From IMG/VR virus record IMGVR_UViG_3300002461_000403, positions 1 to 51,585 of that record: a stretch of 51,585 bases of DNA. One strand, 5' to 3'. The notes beneath the pieces were generated by a model, which was not told the origin of the DNA, made no database searches, and saw nothing but the letters and a program-made list of their open reading frames with translations. Position numbers and translations under genes: made by a program. Positions 17,125 to 26,163 of this stretch are shown here, in pieces. Positions within the stretch are counted from its first letter, which is position 1, and every line of letters begins with the position of its first letter. Source of the stretch: a virus (Duplodnaviria > Caudoviricetes).

Positions 17125-17762
17125 GCTGCTACCTGCTTCTGTTGTGCGAGGTACGCATCGACGTTTTGATGATGGACGGCGAAGGTGACGGCCACTACCC
17201 ACGGGTTGGCGTTCCAAGCGTCCTCCCCGTTGATGTCATTCCACAAACTTCCGAATGCGAGGCGGGGCGAGTTAAGGCAAACGTATCCCCAGCCCTCTTC
17301 AGGCTCCACATCCGGCCAATTCATCGACCAGCCGATTGCGCCCCTGCGCCAAATGTCCGGGCATGGCTTGCCTGTAGCGCCCTCTGCTTTGGCGTCGTCA
17401 TCGGTGATGTCCTGCAAACGCTCCACCTTGACGCCGGTTACTTCCAAGGTCAGGCGGGACGCGGCGCGCGGGAGATGGATGCCCGGCTTTTTCTTTCTCA
17501 GTTCGTGAATGTCATCCGTTGCCGCGTAGCGGTAGTTCCCCAAATGGTCCGTCGCGAACGTCTCGCGCACGTAGAGGAAATTACCCGGCGCATAGGGCAG
17601 CTCAAAACCCTTCTGCCCGTTGATGCCGACTGGCACGAACGGCTGGCAGTTGCAGAAGAAAATATCCTGCCGCTTTGCGATCCGCCGCGTCTGCGTCTTG
17701 CGACCTTCGATCAGGGCTCGCACCATCGGGCCTGAAAACAGGATCGGTTTCACCTTGCTCAC
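17121..17762 (-). CDS. ASCH/PUA-like phage protein
   Basis: KPILFSGPMVRALIEGRKTQTRR, LYVRET, PGIHLPRAASRLTLEVTGVKVERLQDI, WNANPWV. Confidence 0.8.
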   Translation of the reverse strand: MSKVKPILFSGPMVRALIEGRKTQTRRIAKRQDIFFCNCQPFVPVGINGQKGFELPYAPGNFLYVRETFATDHLGNYRYAATDDIHELRKKKPGIHLPRAASRLTLEVTGVKVERLQDITDDDAKAEGATGKPCPDIWRRGAIGWSMNWPDVEPEEGWGYVCLNSPRLAFGSLWNDINGEDAWNANPWVVAVTFAVHHQNVDAYLAQQKQVAA

Positions 17763-17929
17763 AGCCCCACCCCCACCGACACCAAGAACATGACAACGAG
17801 ACCCGCGACGATCCCGGCGAAAGCGTACCGACCGTTTACCCATGGGTCTTTTCTGAAACGATCTCCGTGCAAGGCTTCAACCTTGCGCTTCCATGCTTCG
17901 TACCGTTCGTGAACCAGATCACGGGTCAT
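17759..17929 (-). CDS. 56-aa protein with C-terminal TM
   Basis: GGAG RBS; MTRDLVHERYEAW...GIVAGLVVMFLVSVGVGL. Confidence 0.5.
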   Translation of the reverse strand: MTRDLVHERYEAWKRKVEALHGDRFRKDPWVNGRYAFAGIVAGLVVMFLVSVGVGL

Positions 17930-17934
17930 GGCGA

Positions 17935-18300
17935 TTACTCCGCCGCTCTGCGCTGCGTTGCCCAGCTACCGATGTCGTAGGGATCGGAAGGATGCGGCTC
18001 GCCGTTTGCGTACGGCGAACATCTGGCGGCGATCCTTCCCACGAAATCATCCACATCATCGACACGTGGCAGAGGGGGTGGCGTCTGCGGCGGCCCCATC
18101 AGTTGCAGGACTTCCCGCATGGCAGACTGTCTGGCCGCTGCCAGATCGCGCGCTTGGTTCACGATGTTGTCGATTAGGTAACGCTCCACCGTCATGTCTG
18201 CCGAGATCGATCCCATGCGGGCGACGGCTTCAAAGTTCTGCCGGGTAAGCTCGTCCAACTGCCGTGAGAAGTGGCGTTTTGTATCTTCGTCCATTGTCAT
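17935..18300 (-). CDS. Hypothetical protein
   Basis: MTMDEDTKRHF..., ATGA overlap. Confidence 0.6.
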   Translation of the reverse strand: MTMDEDTKRHFSRQLDELTRQNFEAVARMGSISADMTVERYLIDNIVNQARDLAAARQSAMREVLQLMGPPQTPPPLPRVDDVDDFVGRIAARCSPYANGEPHPSDPYDIGSWATQRRAAE

Positions 18301-18803
18301 TCCCCTGCCTCGGTTAGTACGCCAGCACGCGCCTTCTGCATTCCCTTCACAAATTCTGCGTGGTTCGCCGCATACCAATTCGGGCTGCAAACCTCGTAGT
18401 GCTTCCAGTGCTTCAACGGTTCAGGCTTTGACACTGGCGGCGGTGGCGGGTTGGCTCGGATCGGTGCAGGCTCGATGTCCTTAACCTTCCGCCGAACACC
18501 TTCCCCACGGGCGAGCTTTCTTGCTGCGTCCCACACATCCTCAACGATTCCGATCGTCTCGACTGAGTGTGTTGAAATTCTCTTTTGAACGCACCGAACG
18601 CCGTAGATGACCGTCGTATGGTCCCGGTCAAACACGCGCCCCACGGTTGAAACAGACTGTCCGCACCTACGTACTGCCAGCCACATCAAGCACTGCCGAT
18701 AGGTGGTCGCGTACTTGTGCGATCCCTTCCCCCGCAATTCTTTCTCCTCGATGTCGAGGACGAGAACGGCGGCTTCAATCAGTTGGGCGAGGGTCGGGGT
18801 CAT
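18297..18803 (-). CDS. DnaA C-terminal HTH domain protein
   Basis: RQCLMWLA...SVSTVGRVFDRDHTTVIYGVR. Confidence 0.8.
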   Translation of the reverse strand: MTPTLAQLIEAAVLVLDIEEKELRGKGSHKYATTYRQCLMWLAVRRCGQSVSTVGRVFDRDHTTVIYGVRCVQKRISTHSVETIGIVEDVWDAARKLARGEGVRRKVKDIEPAPIRANPPPPPVSKPEPLKHWKHYEVCSPNWYAANHAEFVKGMQKARAGVLTEAGE

Positions 18804-18816
18804 AGCGCGGTTCCCA

Positions 18817-19404
18817 TCACAGTCTTGTCGCATACCAGTCCTCCGCATCTGTCCCGAGGACGCGCTGTGCTAGGTCGTATTCCTTTCGGGCCATCGTGCG
18901 CCCTAGCGTGGCGAACGACCGGCTAAAGGCTCCACCGTTGCCGTCGATGCAGTCGATGAGGTTCTGCTGAAACTGGTTGCGGATGTTGATGAGTTTCTTG
19001 ATCTCGGCATCGCCTTGCGGCAGCCGCCCGTTGCGGACCACAAAGTCGCGCAAGGTTAGAACCCAACCTTCACGGGCGGCACGTCGACCTAGCTCGCACT
19101 GGATCAATTCACTGGCGAGCTTGTAGGGGTTAGACTTATCGGGCTCGACGCCTAAGCGTGGCTTGGACGCGCGATCGTCAGCAACCACCTGACGACAGAC
19201 TTCAGCCACCTCACCGGGAAAAGGAAACCCCGGCTTCGTGCGCGACTGAACCATCCGCGTTGCGGCGGCATCGATAACCCACGCATCGAAAGGCTTCAGC
19301 GTGCCTTCCCAATCCGCCAGCCACTCACCCAACGTCTCATCTGCCACCTTCTTGGGCCAAATGTTGCCCAACCGTGCCAGTAATCGCTCGACTTTCTCTG
19401 ACAT
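18817..19404 (-). CDS. Putative replication accessory protein (helicase loader/inhibitor-like)
   Basis: Directly follows the initiator; W...LKPFDAWVIDAA...FPFPGEV pattern. Confidence 0.55.
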   Translation of the reverse strand: MSEKVERLLARLGNIWPKKVADETLGEWLADWEGTLKPFDAWVIDAAATRMVQSRTKPGFPFPGEVAEVCRQVVADDRASKPRLGVEPDKSNPYKLASELIQCELGRRAAREGWVLTLRDFVVRNGRLPQGDAEIKKLINIRNQFQQNLIDCIDGNGGAFSRSFATLGRTMARKEYDLAQRVLGTDAEDWYATRL

Positions 19405-19406
19405 GT

Positions 19407-20387
19407 TCAGGCTCCCTTTTTCGACTGCTCACGCTCTTTGTGCGCGCGAATTTGTGCGGCCAAGCTGGTTGGCGCTGACGCTTTTTGCTTTTCGGATTTG
19501 GCTTTGTCGAAAGCCTTCCAGCCTAGCTGTTTTGCTAGCTGGCTTTCCACTTGCGCTCGCAACGGAATAGCTGCGTTGGGCTTCACGTAGGGCGCGGCTT
19601 GTTTCAGTGCTAACTCAAGGGCGTCGTCTCCCCCGAACTTTTCGACCCACGAGGCTTTCACGCCGTTTTTAAGCTCGATCAGTCCAGTGACGGGATCGCG
19701 CTCCACGCCATCGTCTGGGTTGTAGCCCCCCGGCACGGCCATGGCGCTCGACCAGAACTCCCTGCCCTTGTCCTGACTGGTTCGCGCAGCGGCCCGCGTC
19801 CCCATGGGGGGATCTTGTTCTTTGGTTCCTTTGTTCCCTTGTTCTTCCTTATATATGTTGCCCTCTGCTTGCCCCTTGCTCGCCCCTTGCGTGCCCTCTG
19901 CTTGCCCTTTGCTTGCCCTTTGCTCGCCCGTTGCGTGTCCTTTTGCTTGCCCTTCATGGGGGCGCATAGACTGATAAAGCTCATAATTACAAACGGTTAT
20001 GACCGTCGATTGCTTGCCCTTTTGCGTGCCGTTCTGAACACCCGGCGATTTAAGCTCAATCATCCCGTCCGCTTCGAGTTGATCGAGAAATCTACGGACT
20101 GTTTTTGGGGTCCAGTTCCAGCGGGCTCCAAGCCAGGAAACAGCGCCAATTAGCTCGCCCCGGCGAAGCTCCATCTTGCGCCCGCCGTTCATCACAGTGC
20201 CGTCTGAGTAGCGGCACTCCATGCACAAATCCTCCCACGCCTCGCCCTGAGTGGAGGTGCGCTTGCGAGTAGGGTCGGCTGGCTTGACGTGCAGTCCATG
20301 CCCCACAAGCCAGTGGTCGCGCACGGCACGGTGGCGCGCGATCCATCCCTCAGACAGTGGGGCTCCGTTATGGCCTATGCCGGTCAT
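19407..20387 (-). CDS. Replication initiator (lambda O-like)
   Basis: GWIARHR, LRRGELIGAVSWLGARWNWTPKTVRRFLDQLEADGMI wHTH, ITVCNYELYQ; internal iterons. Confidence 0.8.
   Translation of the reverse strand: MTGIGHNGAPLSEGWIARHRAVRDHWLVGHGLHVKPADPTRKRTSTQGEAWEDLCMECRYSDGTVMNGGRKMELRRGELIGAVSWLGARWNWTPKTVRRFLDQLEADGMIELKSPGVQNGTQKGKQSTVITVCNYELYQSMRPHEGQAKGHATGEQRASKGQAEGTQGASKGQAEGNIYKEEQGNKGTKEQDPPMGTRAAARTSQDKGREFWSSAMAVPGGYNPDDGVERDPVTGLIELKNGVKASWVEKFGGDDALELALKQAAPYVKPNAAIPLRAQVESQLAKQLGWKAFDKAKSEKQKASAPTSLAAQIRAHKEREQSKKGA
19850..19955. repeat. Iteron-like 11-bp repeats; probable replication origin
   Basis: About nine imperfect AGGGCAAGCAA-like units on the minus strand, next to an ATATATAA tract, inside the initiator gene. 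Confidence 0.7.
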
Positions 20388-20441
20388 GGCGATGACCTCG
20401 GCATCTGTGCGCGACCTGTGGAGAGCTTGTTAGCATCCCCC

Positions 20442-20610
20442 TTGTCGACCCCTTTATTTAGGGGTAAATGTCTATCCCGTAGATGGTTCACGGCCCATCT
20501 TCTCCTCAGTGTTGGAAGTCTCGACCGGCCAGTCTCGACTTCGATCCTCAAACCTCAAACCCAACCAACCCCCATTTCGAGCCCTCCGTCCTGCAAGACG
20601 GGGGGCTCTG
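20442..20610 (+). ncRNA. Candidate antisense sRNA with promoter
   Basis: TTGTCG-N17-TAAATG (20442-20470), two hairpins, a C/A-rich linker, and a strong final hairpin at 20579-20608. Confidence 0.45.
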
Positions 20611-20615
20611 CGCTT

Positions 20616-21029
20616 TCAGGCGGCTCTACGCAGCCGTTCGCGCCCTAGCGGCCGGGCGTTGATGACTGCTTCTAGTTTCGCCTTGTGCGCCACCTGTGCG
20701 GCGAGCACGGGTGGGATCACGTAGCAAGTGATGCGCTGCTTCATGTGGAACGGCCGGCGCTTGGCGACGACCTTCCCTAGAGCCTCAAATAAATGGTTTT
20801 CACTGAGCGGCATCCATCCGTGCATCCAGCAATACTCCGGGTATCGACGCAGGATCTCGGTGCGCTCGACCATCCCGATCAGCCCCTCGGCTTGCAGATC
20901 GGAAACAATCTGAGACACCTGTTCTCCTGGCGTTATGTCATCGCGGACAGGTGGCTCATAAAATGAGACACCCCCGCTTAGGCTTGTCGGGGCAGGATCG
21001 CCCCATGGCATCCACATATTGGTCTCCAT
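20616..21029 (-). CDS. Hypothetical protein
   Basis: 137 aa within the operon, GAGGGGG RBS. Confidence 0.6.
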   Translation of the reverse strand: METNMWMPWGDPAPTSLSGGVSFYEPPVRDDITPGEQVSQIVSDLQAEGLIGMVERTEILRRYPEYCWMHGWMPLSENHLFEALGKVVAKRRPFHMKQRITCYVIPPVLAAQVAHKAKLEAVINARPLGRERLRRAA

Positions 21030-21031
21030 GA

Positions 21032-21577
21032 TTAGGAAACCCCCTCGCGCGAACGCATACTCTCCGCTGCAACGGAAACGGACTGATCAGGCTGAATTGC
21101 TTTGCGCCTCATGGCTAGTGCTACCGGCACAAACGCCCGCTTGCTGTGAGCCTCGCAGTACGGCTTGCCAGGGACGATCTTGCAGCCGCAAAAACCAAAG
21201 CCCGCGACCTTGGGATCACCGATAGGCCAGCGGCACTCGTTGCGCCCGAGCGTGACCAGGGTGCGCGTTGCTGTGTCGTTGGTCGGGGCTTCAACGTAGG
21301 GCGTTGGAGGTGGCGGTTGCTCCGCGACCTTGGATGCTGGTTTCGGCGCACCGCGCTTGCTCTGCCGGCCGTTCCATAGCGCCGCGTTCGCCGGAGGCTT
21401 GCCGCGCCGCATACGTGGCCGGTTTATTTTGCGATCGGGGATGCCGAGCCGCACGCGCTTGCCGATGACAGCGTTGCGCGTGATGCCGCCGCCAAGTCGT
21501 GCGGCGATTTGCGAGCATGACAGACCATCGGCCCATAGTTTTTTGAGAAGCTCGACCCGCTCATCGGTCCACGACAT
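21032..21577 (-). CDS. gcrA: GcrA-family cell-cycle regulator
   Basis: MSWTDERVELLKKLWADGLSCSQIAARLGGGITRNAVIGK and CRWPIGDP...FGFCG...PYCEAH. Confidence 0.9.
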   Translation of the reverse strand: MSWTDERVELLKKLWADGLSCSQIAARLGGGITRNAVIGKRVRLGIPDRKINRPRMRRGKPPANAALWNGRQSKRGAPKPASKVAEQPPPPTPYVEAPTNDTATRTLVTLGRNECRWPIGDPKVAGFGFCGCKIVPGKPYCEAHSKRAFVPVALAMRRKAIQPDQSVSVAAESMRSREGVS

Positions 21578-21693
21578 GGCGCGCTCCCGGTGTTGGAACT
21601 TCAAGATCACGGATAGAACCAACTGGAACAGGTGTGTTGCCGTCGCGACGTGCGCGCCAACGGGACAGAAGGAATTGCTTGGCATTGAAGAGG

Positions 21694-22053
21694 TCACGCA
21701 TGGGCGGCCTCCTTGGATTGTTCGCGGTAGGCATCGAGCCCCGCACGCAGTTGCGCGCGCTCTTTTTTCCAGCGCCTCTTGAGCCGCGCGGAGTAGTGCG
21801 CCTTACGCTCAGGGTCGCCCCACATACGATCATTGGATGCGCGAATAGCCTCGCGCGAGGCAGGACGAAACCCGACCTTGACACCGGCCTTGCGGCACGC
21901 GCTGGCCACGGCACTGCGGGTCAACCCCGTGGCAACGGCGGCTTGCGCATAGGTCTCGCCACCCACGACGCGGGCGACGGCCTCTCTCTGTTTTTGTCCG
22001 GCTTTGAGCATGGTGATTTGGATGGGGCCGGGCATTTGCGCCCGACCCCGCAC
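21694..22053 (-). CDS. Putative HTH protein
   Basis: ETYAQAAVATGLTRSAVASAC. Confidence 0.55.
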   Translation of the reverse strand: MRGRAQMPGPIQITMLKAGQKQREAVARVVGGETYAQAAVATGLTRSAVASACRKAGVKVGFRPASREAIRASNDRMWGDPERKAHYSARLKRRWKKERAQLRAGLDAYREQSKEAAHA

Positions 22054-22064
22054 TCCCCCGAGTG

Positions 22065-23258
22065 TTAGAATTTGATCCGAGCGCCACCATGGATGAGGTC
22101 GACTTTCTCACCCACAAGCTCATCGAGATCGTACTGGCGGTAGCCGACGAACATATCCATGGCCGCCGCATCCAAAGACTGGATGAGACCAACGCCGTAG
22201 ACCGGCACGTTGGCCGACCCGCCGAGGTCAATGTCGGTTTCCGAATACTCAGCGAAGGCCGTCGTCGCGCCAACCTGCGTCAGCCACTTGGACGAGATGC
22301 CGCCCTGAACCGTCCATGTTTTGAGATTGAGACCAAGTTCCCAATCCTGATCGGCGTAGTAAGCCGACACGAACAGACCCGTGGGAACGTGCTTGACGGA
22401 TGCAGAGCCGAGGATCGTTTCAACGTCGCCCGTTCCGATCGTGATAGAGGTCACGTCAAGAAGGGTGATGGTGAAATCTTCGTCGTGACGCCAGCCCAGA
22501 CCGGCCGCGATCTGGAAGCCGGAGAACTCGCCGTCATACCGAAGTGCAATATCGTAGGTGTTGCCGTTGCCGTCCGGGTCCGTTGCCGAAATGGCATCGC
22601 CCCACGTTGCCGACAGCGTGAAGCCCGCAAGTGTTGGCGAGTCGTAGCGGATCAAATCCCGATATGTCCCGTCATAGGGAACATCGAGGCCGGTCAGATA
22701 GGCATCGCTGATGGGCTGCAACGAGTTGGGACGCGAGACGAGATAGGTGGGAGCGGTCCCGATCTCATCGAACTTGTTTGTTGCAACGCCCGCGCGACCA
22801 AGACTGAGCGTGCCGGCCGTTTCAGAGCGAACCCAAACGAACGACTGCCGGATGCCAGGATCGGGGTTGCCGCCGATGCCGACGCCCAAGAGATCATCAG
22901 GAAGCCCGCGCTGACGCATGTCGATTTCGAGAACGAAACCCGCCGACATTTCCGAACTGATCTTTGCGTTGCCGGAGAAGCCAACGAACGTGCCCTGCGA
23001 GTCGGAGCCGGACTGCGAAACCTTCGTGTCATCGAAATCCGCAACCGACACGTGGAGAAGTTCCGCCGACACCTGTCCGTAGACTTGAAGCGAAACCTTG
23101 CGGTTTCCCTTCTTTGCCGTGGTTGCTTCAAGCTCTGCGATCCGTTCTTCAAGATCGGCACAGCAGTTACCGCCAAGATCAGCGGCGAATGCGGGACTCG
23201 ATAGAGCGCAGAGAGCTGCGCCCAAAAGGAGCCCATATTTATTGCTAGGTTTGGTCAT
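22065..23258 (-). CDS. Outer-membrane porin (Hyphomicrobiales type)
   Basis: Signal peptide, ADLGGNCCADLEERIAELEATTAKKGNRKVSL, IRYDSPTLAGF, C-terminal ARIKF. Confidence 0.85.
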   Translation of the reverse strand: MTKPSNKYGLLLGAALCALSSPAFAADLGGNCCADLEERIAELEATTAKKGNRKVSLQVYGQVSAELLHVSVADFDDTKVSQSGSDSQGTFVGFSGNAKISSEMSAGFVLEIDMRQRGLPDDLLGVGIGGNPDPGIRQSFVWVRSETAGTLSLGRAGVATNKFDEIGTAPTYLVSRPNSLQPISDAYLTGLDVPYDGTYRDLIRYDSPTLAGFTLSATWGDAISATDPDGNGNTYDIALRYDGEFSGFQIAAGLGWRHDEDFTITLLDVTSITIGTGDVETILGSASVKHVPTGLFVSAYYADQDWELGLNLKTWTVQGGISSKWLTQVGATTAFAEYSETDIDLGGSANVPVYGVGLIQSLDAAAMDMFVGYRQYDLDELVGEKVDLIHGGARIKF

Positions 23259-23362
23259 CCTGACCGTCCTTTTTGTTGATACGCGCGCACAAAAAAGACT
23301 CTCCGGCCGTCAGGGGGTCAGGGGGACACGGCCAGCACGCAACAGGTACAAATCAGTCGGGG

Positions 23363-23430
23363 GAAGAAGAGACCGCCACTCAAACAAAGACGGTCCAAGT
23401 CTAGGGAGGAAACGCCCGAGAGGGCTGCAA
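23363..23430 (-). ncRNA. suhB/MmgR (alpha-r8)-like sRNA
   Basis: Minus strand GCCCTCTCGGGCG-TTTCCTCCCT-AGACTTG-GACCGTC...GGCGGTC-TCTTCTT: hairpin, UUUCCUCCCU decamer (23403-23412), terminator-like stem. Confidence 0.6.
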
Positions 23431-23623
23431 GAGGACGAGCAAGCTCGCCGTTGCAAGTGACCGAAGTCACCCGAGAAGGGGCTGCCTCGCCGGCAATTAC
23501 CCCGGCTGATCGCACTGGAAGAACGTCACCGCCTATGGTCCCTGCGACGGGACGCAACGGGTATAGTTCTCCACTTGACCGCCCCTTCGCGGCTAACTTC
23601 GCCTTTTACGTTTCACGCGCCTT

Positions 23624-23878
23624 TCACGCCGCTTGGCCGGACCCGTTGCCGGACAGAAAGAAATCCTCCGGTCGGAGTGGCAATCCTTTCTCCCGCGCCC
23701 ACGCCAACATCAGTTGTTGCCGCTTCGCAGGAATCAGTCCGCCCGTTCCGCCCTTGCTCACGGGTGAGCGCCAACGAGTCGGTTGAGACTTGTGGACGCG
23801 AGCGGCTTCAGCGGCCTCATCGAGACCGCCGAGCTTCTCAATCACCGATGCTGCTGGTTCGAGGTATTCGTCGTGCAT
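23624..23878 (-). CDS. cro: Cro-like repressor
   Basis: VIEKLGG...RW...KGGTGGLIPAK...EDFF, typical of alphaproteobacterial phage Cro; divergent from cI. Confidence 0.8.
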   Translation of the reverse strand: MHDEYLEPAASVIEKLGGLDEAAEAARVHKSQPTRWRSPVSKGGTGGLIPAKRQQLMLAWAREKGLPLRPEDFFLSGNGSGQAA

Positions 23879-23885
23879 GTCCGGG

Positions 23886-23914
23886 AGGATTGCGAATATC
23901 GCATCTCCTGTCAA
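23886..23914 (-). promoter_or_regulatory. PR-like promoter with operator TGCGA-N3-TCGCA
   Basis: TTGACA at 23909-23914 (minus); palindrome at 23891-23903. Confidence 0.7.
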
Positions 23915-24004
23915 CACCAGACTTGCGGCACTGCATTGATTGTATAGTGAACAGTTGCGATATTGCTAATCGACACGGGAGGCGACGTGCTCCAGAGAGC
24001 ACGC

Positions 24005-24594
24005 ATGTTCATCGAATGGCTCAGAAACGGCCTTGCGCAACCACACAAGACCCAAAGGGGACTTGCTGAAGCGCTTGGCGTTGCGCCGTCCGCTGTGTCA
24101 CGGTTATTGAGTGGCGAGCGGGAACTTTTAGCGAACGAAATTGCTAAAGCTGCGATATACTTGAATGTGCCTCCCCCGCTCGTCGGACGACAGCCGATTG
24201 AACGAGTTCAGACAATTCCGGTTCGCTACGTCGTAGCGCGGGGTCTTTGGCGGGAGCGTGGGGTGGTGCCTTTTACTAATCTGTCGAACATACCAATCGT
24301 CTGCGACAGCCGTTATGCAGGCATGGAGCAGTGGGCCGCAAGGATGGACGCCAGCCAAGCCTACGTCGTGTGCGTGGCCTATGAGCAAGCCCGCGCCATG
24401 CCGCGCCCTGGGACGTGGTGCTGGTAGAACGCACACGGGATGACCTCTGTGAGTTTTTCCTGTGTACGGTTCTCTTGACGGCGGACGGTGAGTGGCACCT
24501 CACAACGAGCGATGCGCCATACGTAGATTATCTTATGAATGCCAATGATGTAAGAATTATAGGGCTGTGCATCGGGCGCTATCAGTCGTTCTAA
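24005..24594 (+). pseudogene. cI: CI-like repressor (HTH + degenerate S24 domain) frameshifted at 24410-24412
   Basis: HTH TQRGLAEALGVAPSAVSRLLSGER. Adding one G gives PRPGDVVLVER...VRIIGLCIGRYQSF ending at TAA 24594. The start could be further upstream (23963/23987). Confidence 0.75.
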
Positions 24595-24711
24595 TAATTC
24601 ACAAAAATTTGATAGTCAGCCGACGTAGATCAGAGTGCGTCTGGAGCCTCCTGATTAACTCTTTCGGTTCGTTGCATTTTAGACATAAGCCACAACTCAT
24701 GCTCGCAACGA

Positions 24712-24762
24712 TGCGAAATTCGCATTTTTATAGTTGACAGAAGGTTGCGAATTTCGCATCGT
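24712..24762 (+). promoter_or_regulatory. PL-like promoter with two TGCGA-N3-TCGCA operators
   Basis: Operators at 24712-24724 and 24746-24758; TTGACA at 24734-24739. Confidence 0.75.
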
Positions 24763-24873
24763 TGCGGCGTCGGGGTTGCGACCTCCCTGGCGACCGGGGG
24801 TCCAAAAATGGTCCTCCCAGACCCGCGATGGCGGCCTCCGGTCCTTTGAATTTCAGAGATCGGGAGAGTGCAG

Positions 24874-25203
24874 ATGTCGGTGTCTGTAGAGGGCCAGACG
24901 AGTTGTGCGGGCGAGGGGCAATGCAGCCCGGCACCACGGCAAGCACTCTCCCGTGTCCGCCTTGATGAGCGCCGAGCGCATGATCTGAAAAAGATCAGCG
25001 TCCCCCGATATGGCACCGACCTCGCCTCCCGGTTTGAGGCCGAAAACCACCTGATCCGGCTTTGCCGACATATGCGCAAGCTCGGGCTTGCCAGAGACCA
25101 CAGCTACGACATCGGGCTCCATACGTCGGTTCTCTACTGCCTCGATTTGGAGCGGCGCGAGATCGCGATCCTTAAAGCACAAACCGAGGAGATTGCAGCA
25201 TGA
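24874..25203 (+). CDS. Hypothetical protein, first gene of the PL operon
   Basis: GGGAGAG RBS; coupled to the next gene. Confidence 0.55.
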   Translation: MSVSVEGQTSCAGEGQCSPAPRQALSRVRLDERRAHDLKKISVPRYGTDLASRFEAENHLIRLCRHMRKLGLARDHSYDIGLHTSVLYCLDLERREIAILKAQTEEIAA

Positions 25204-25418
25204 CGGTGGAAACCGCCCGCGAGTGTTTTCTTGATCTCATGAGCCGCGCCGAATGGACCGAAAACGTCGGCGGCCAAATCTCCCACACACTGACCGTTTC
25301 CGATCGTGACCTTGCCATCCTAGCCGATGCACTCGGGCTCGATCATCGGATTTACGAAACCACCCAAGCCTCAATCCGCCGGCATATCGCGGCGGCCATG
25401 GCCGAAGCTGCGGAGTGA
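25200..25418 (+). CDS. Hypothetical protein
   Basis: GAGGAG RBS, 4-bp overlaps. Confidence 0.6.
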   Translation: MTVETARECFLDLMSRAEWTENVGGQISHTLTVSDRDLAILADALGLDHRIYETTQASIRRHIAAAMAEAAE

Positions 25419-25675
25419 ACACCATGCCTGCTGCCTTGCATTTCCTACCCGGCAACATCGCCATCAAGAAGGCCGCCGCCAACCAGACCTACCTGCTCGA
25501 CGTGATTGTCGACAGCCACGAACTGATGACGCGGGCCTCAAAGCTGGTTGCGGATGACATCGTTCGCACCACGCCAGAACTGCGCACGATCCTAGCCAAC
25601 GCCGCCGACTGGATGAGGCTGTTCCAACAGACGCTCGACCAGTTGGAGCAAGAGATCAAGGACGCAGCGGCATGA
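25415..25675 (+). CDS. Hypothetical protein
   Basis: Coupled ORF. Confidence 0.6.
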   Translation: MNTMPAALHFLPGNIAIKKAAANQTYLLDVIVDSHELMTRASKLVADDIVRTTPELRTILANAADWMRLFQQTLDQLEQEIKDAAA

Positions 25676-26025
25676 AGTTCGACATGACGAGCCCATGCAA
25701 GGATTGTCCGTTTCGGTCGGACATCCCCGGCTATCTCACGAAAGCGCGGGTGCGCGAGATCGTCGATGGGATCACGCGCGGGCAGGCTACGTTCACCTGC
25801 CACAAGACAAATGAGTTTGACGACAGCGGCACCGTCGAAACCAAGGATAGCCAGCACTGCGCGGGGGCTCTGATCTTTTTGGAGCGCCTCGATCGGCCCA
25901 ACCAGATGATGCGGTGGATGGAGCGGATCGGCGTCTATGACCGATCAAAGCTCGACATGGACTCACCTGTCCACACCGCGAAATCAATGGTCGCTGCGCA
26001 ACGCTCAAAGGCGGGTGCAGCCTGA
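25672..26025 (+). CDS. Cys/His-rich putative metal-binding protein
   Basis: PCKDCPFR, FTCHKT, HCAGALI. Confidence 0.7.
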   Translation: MKFDMTSPCKDCPFRSDIPGYLTKARVREIVDGITRGQATFTCHKTNEFDDSGTVETKDSQHCAGALIFLERLDRPNQMMRWMERIGVYDRSKLDMDSPVHTAKSMVAAQRSKAGAA

Positions 26026-26163
26026 TGGAACTCGCTACGCGCAGGATTGAAAAACTTGAAACCGCCTGCGCGGCTTTGTTGGAACTCGTGCGGACAGTTC
26101 CGACAAGCAATTTGCCCCTCCGGGCCTACGTTGGAACCGCCGCACGATGGGAGGACGCACACC

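Noticed and set aside
22062-23204. 380-aa + strand ORF
   Set aside because: Antisense shadow of the porin gene; no RBS or motifs, R/V/D-rich composition.
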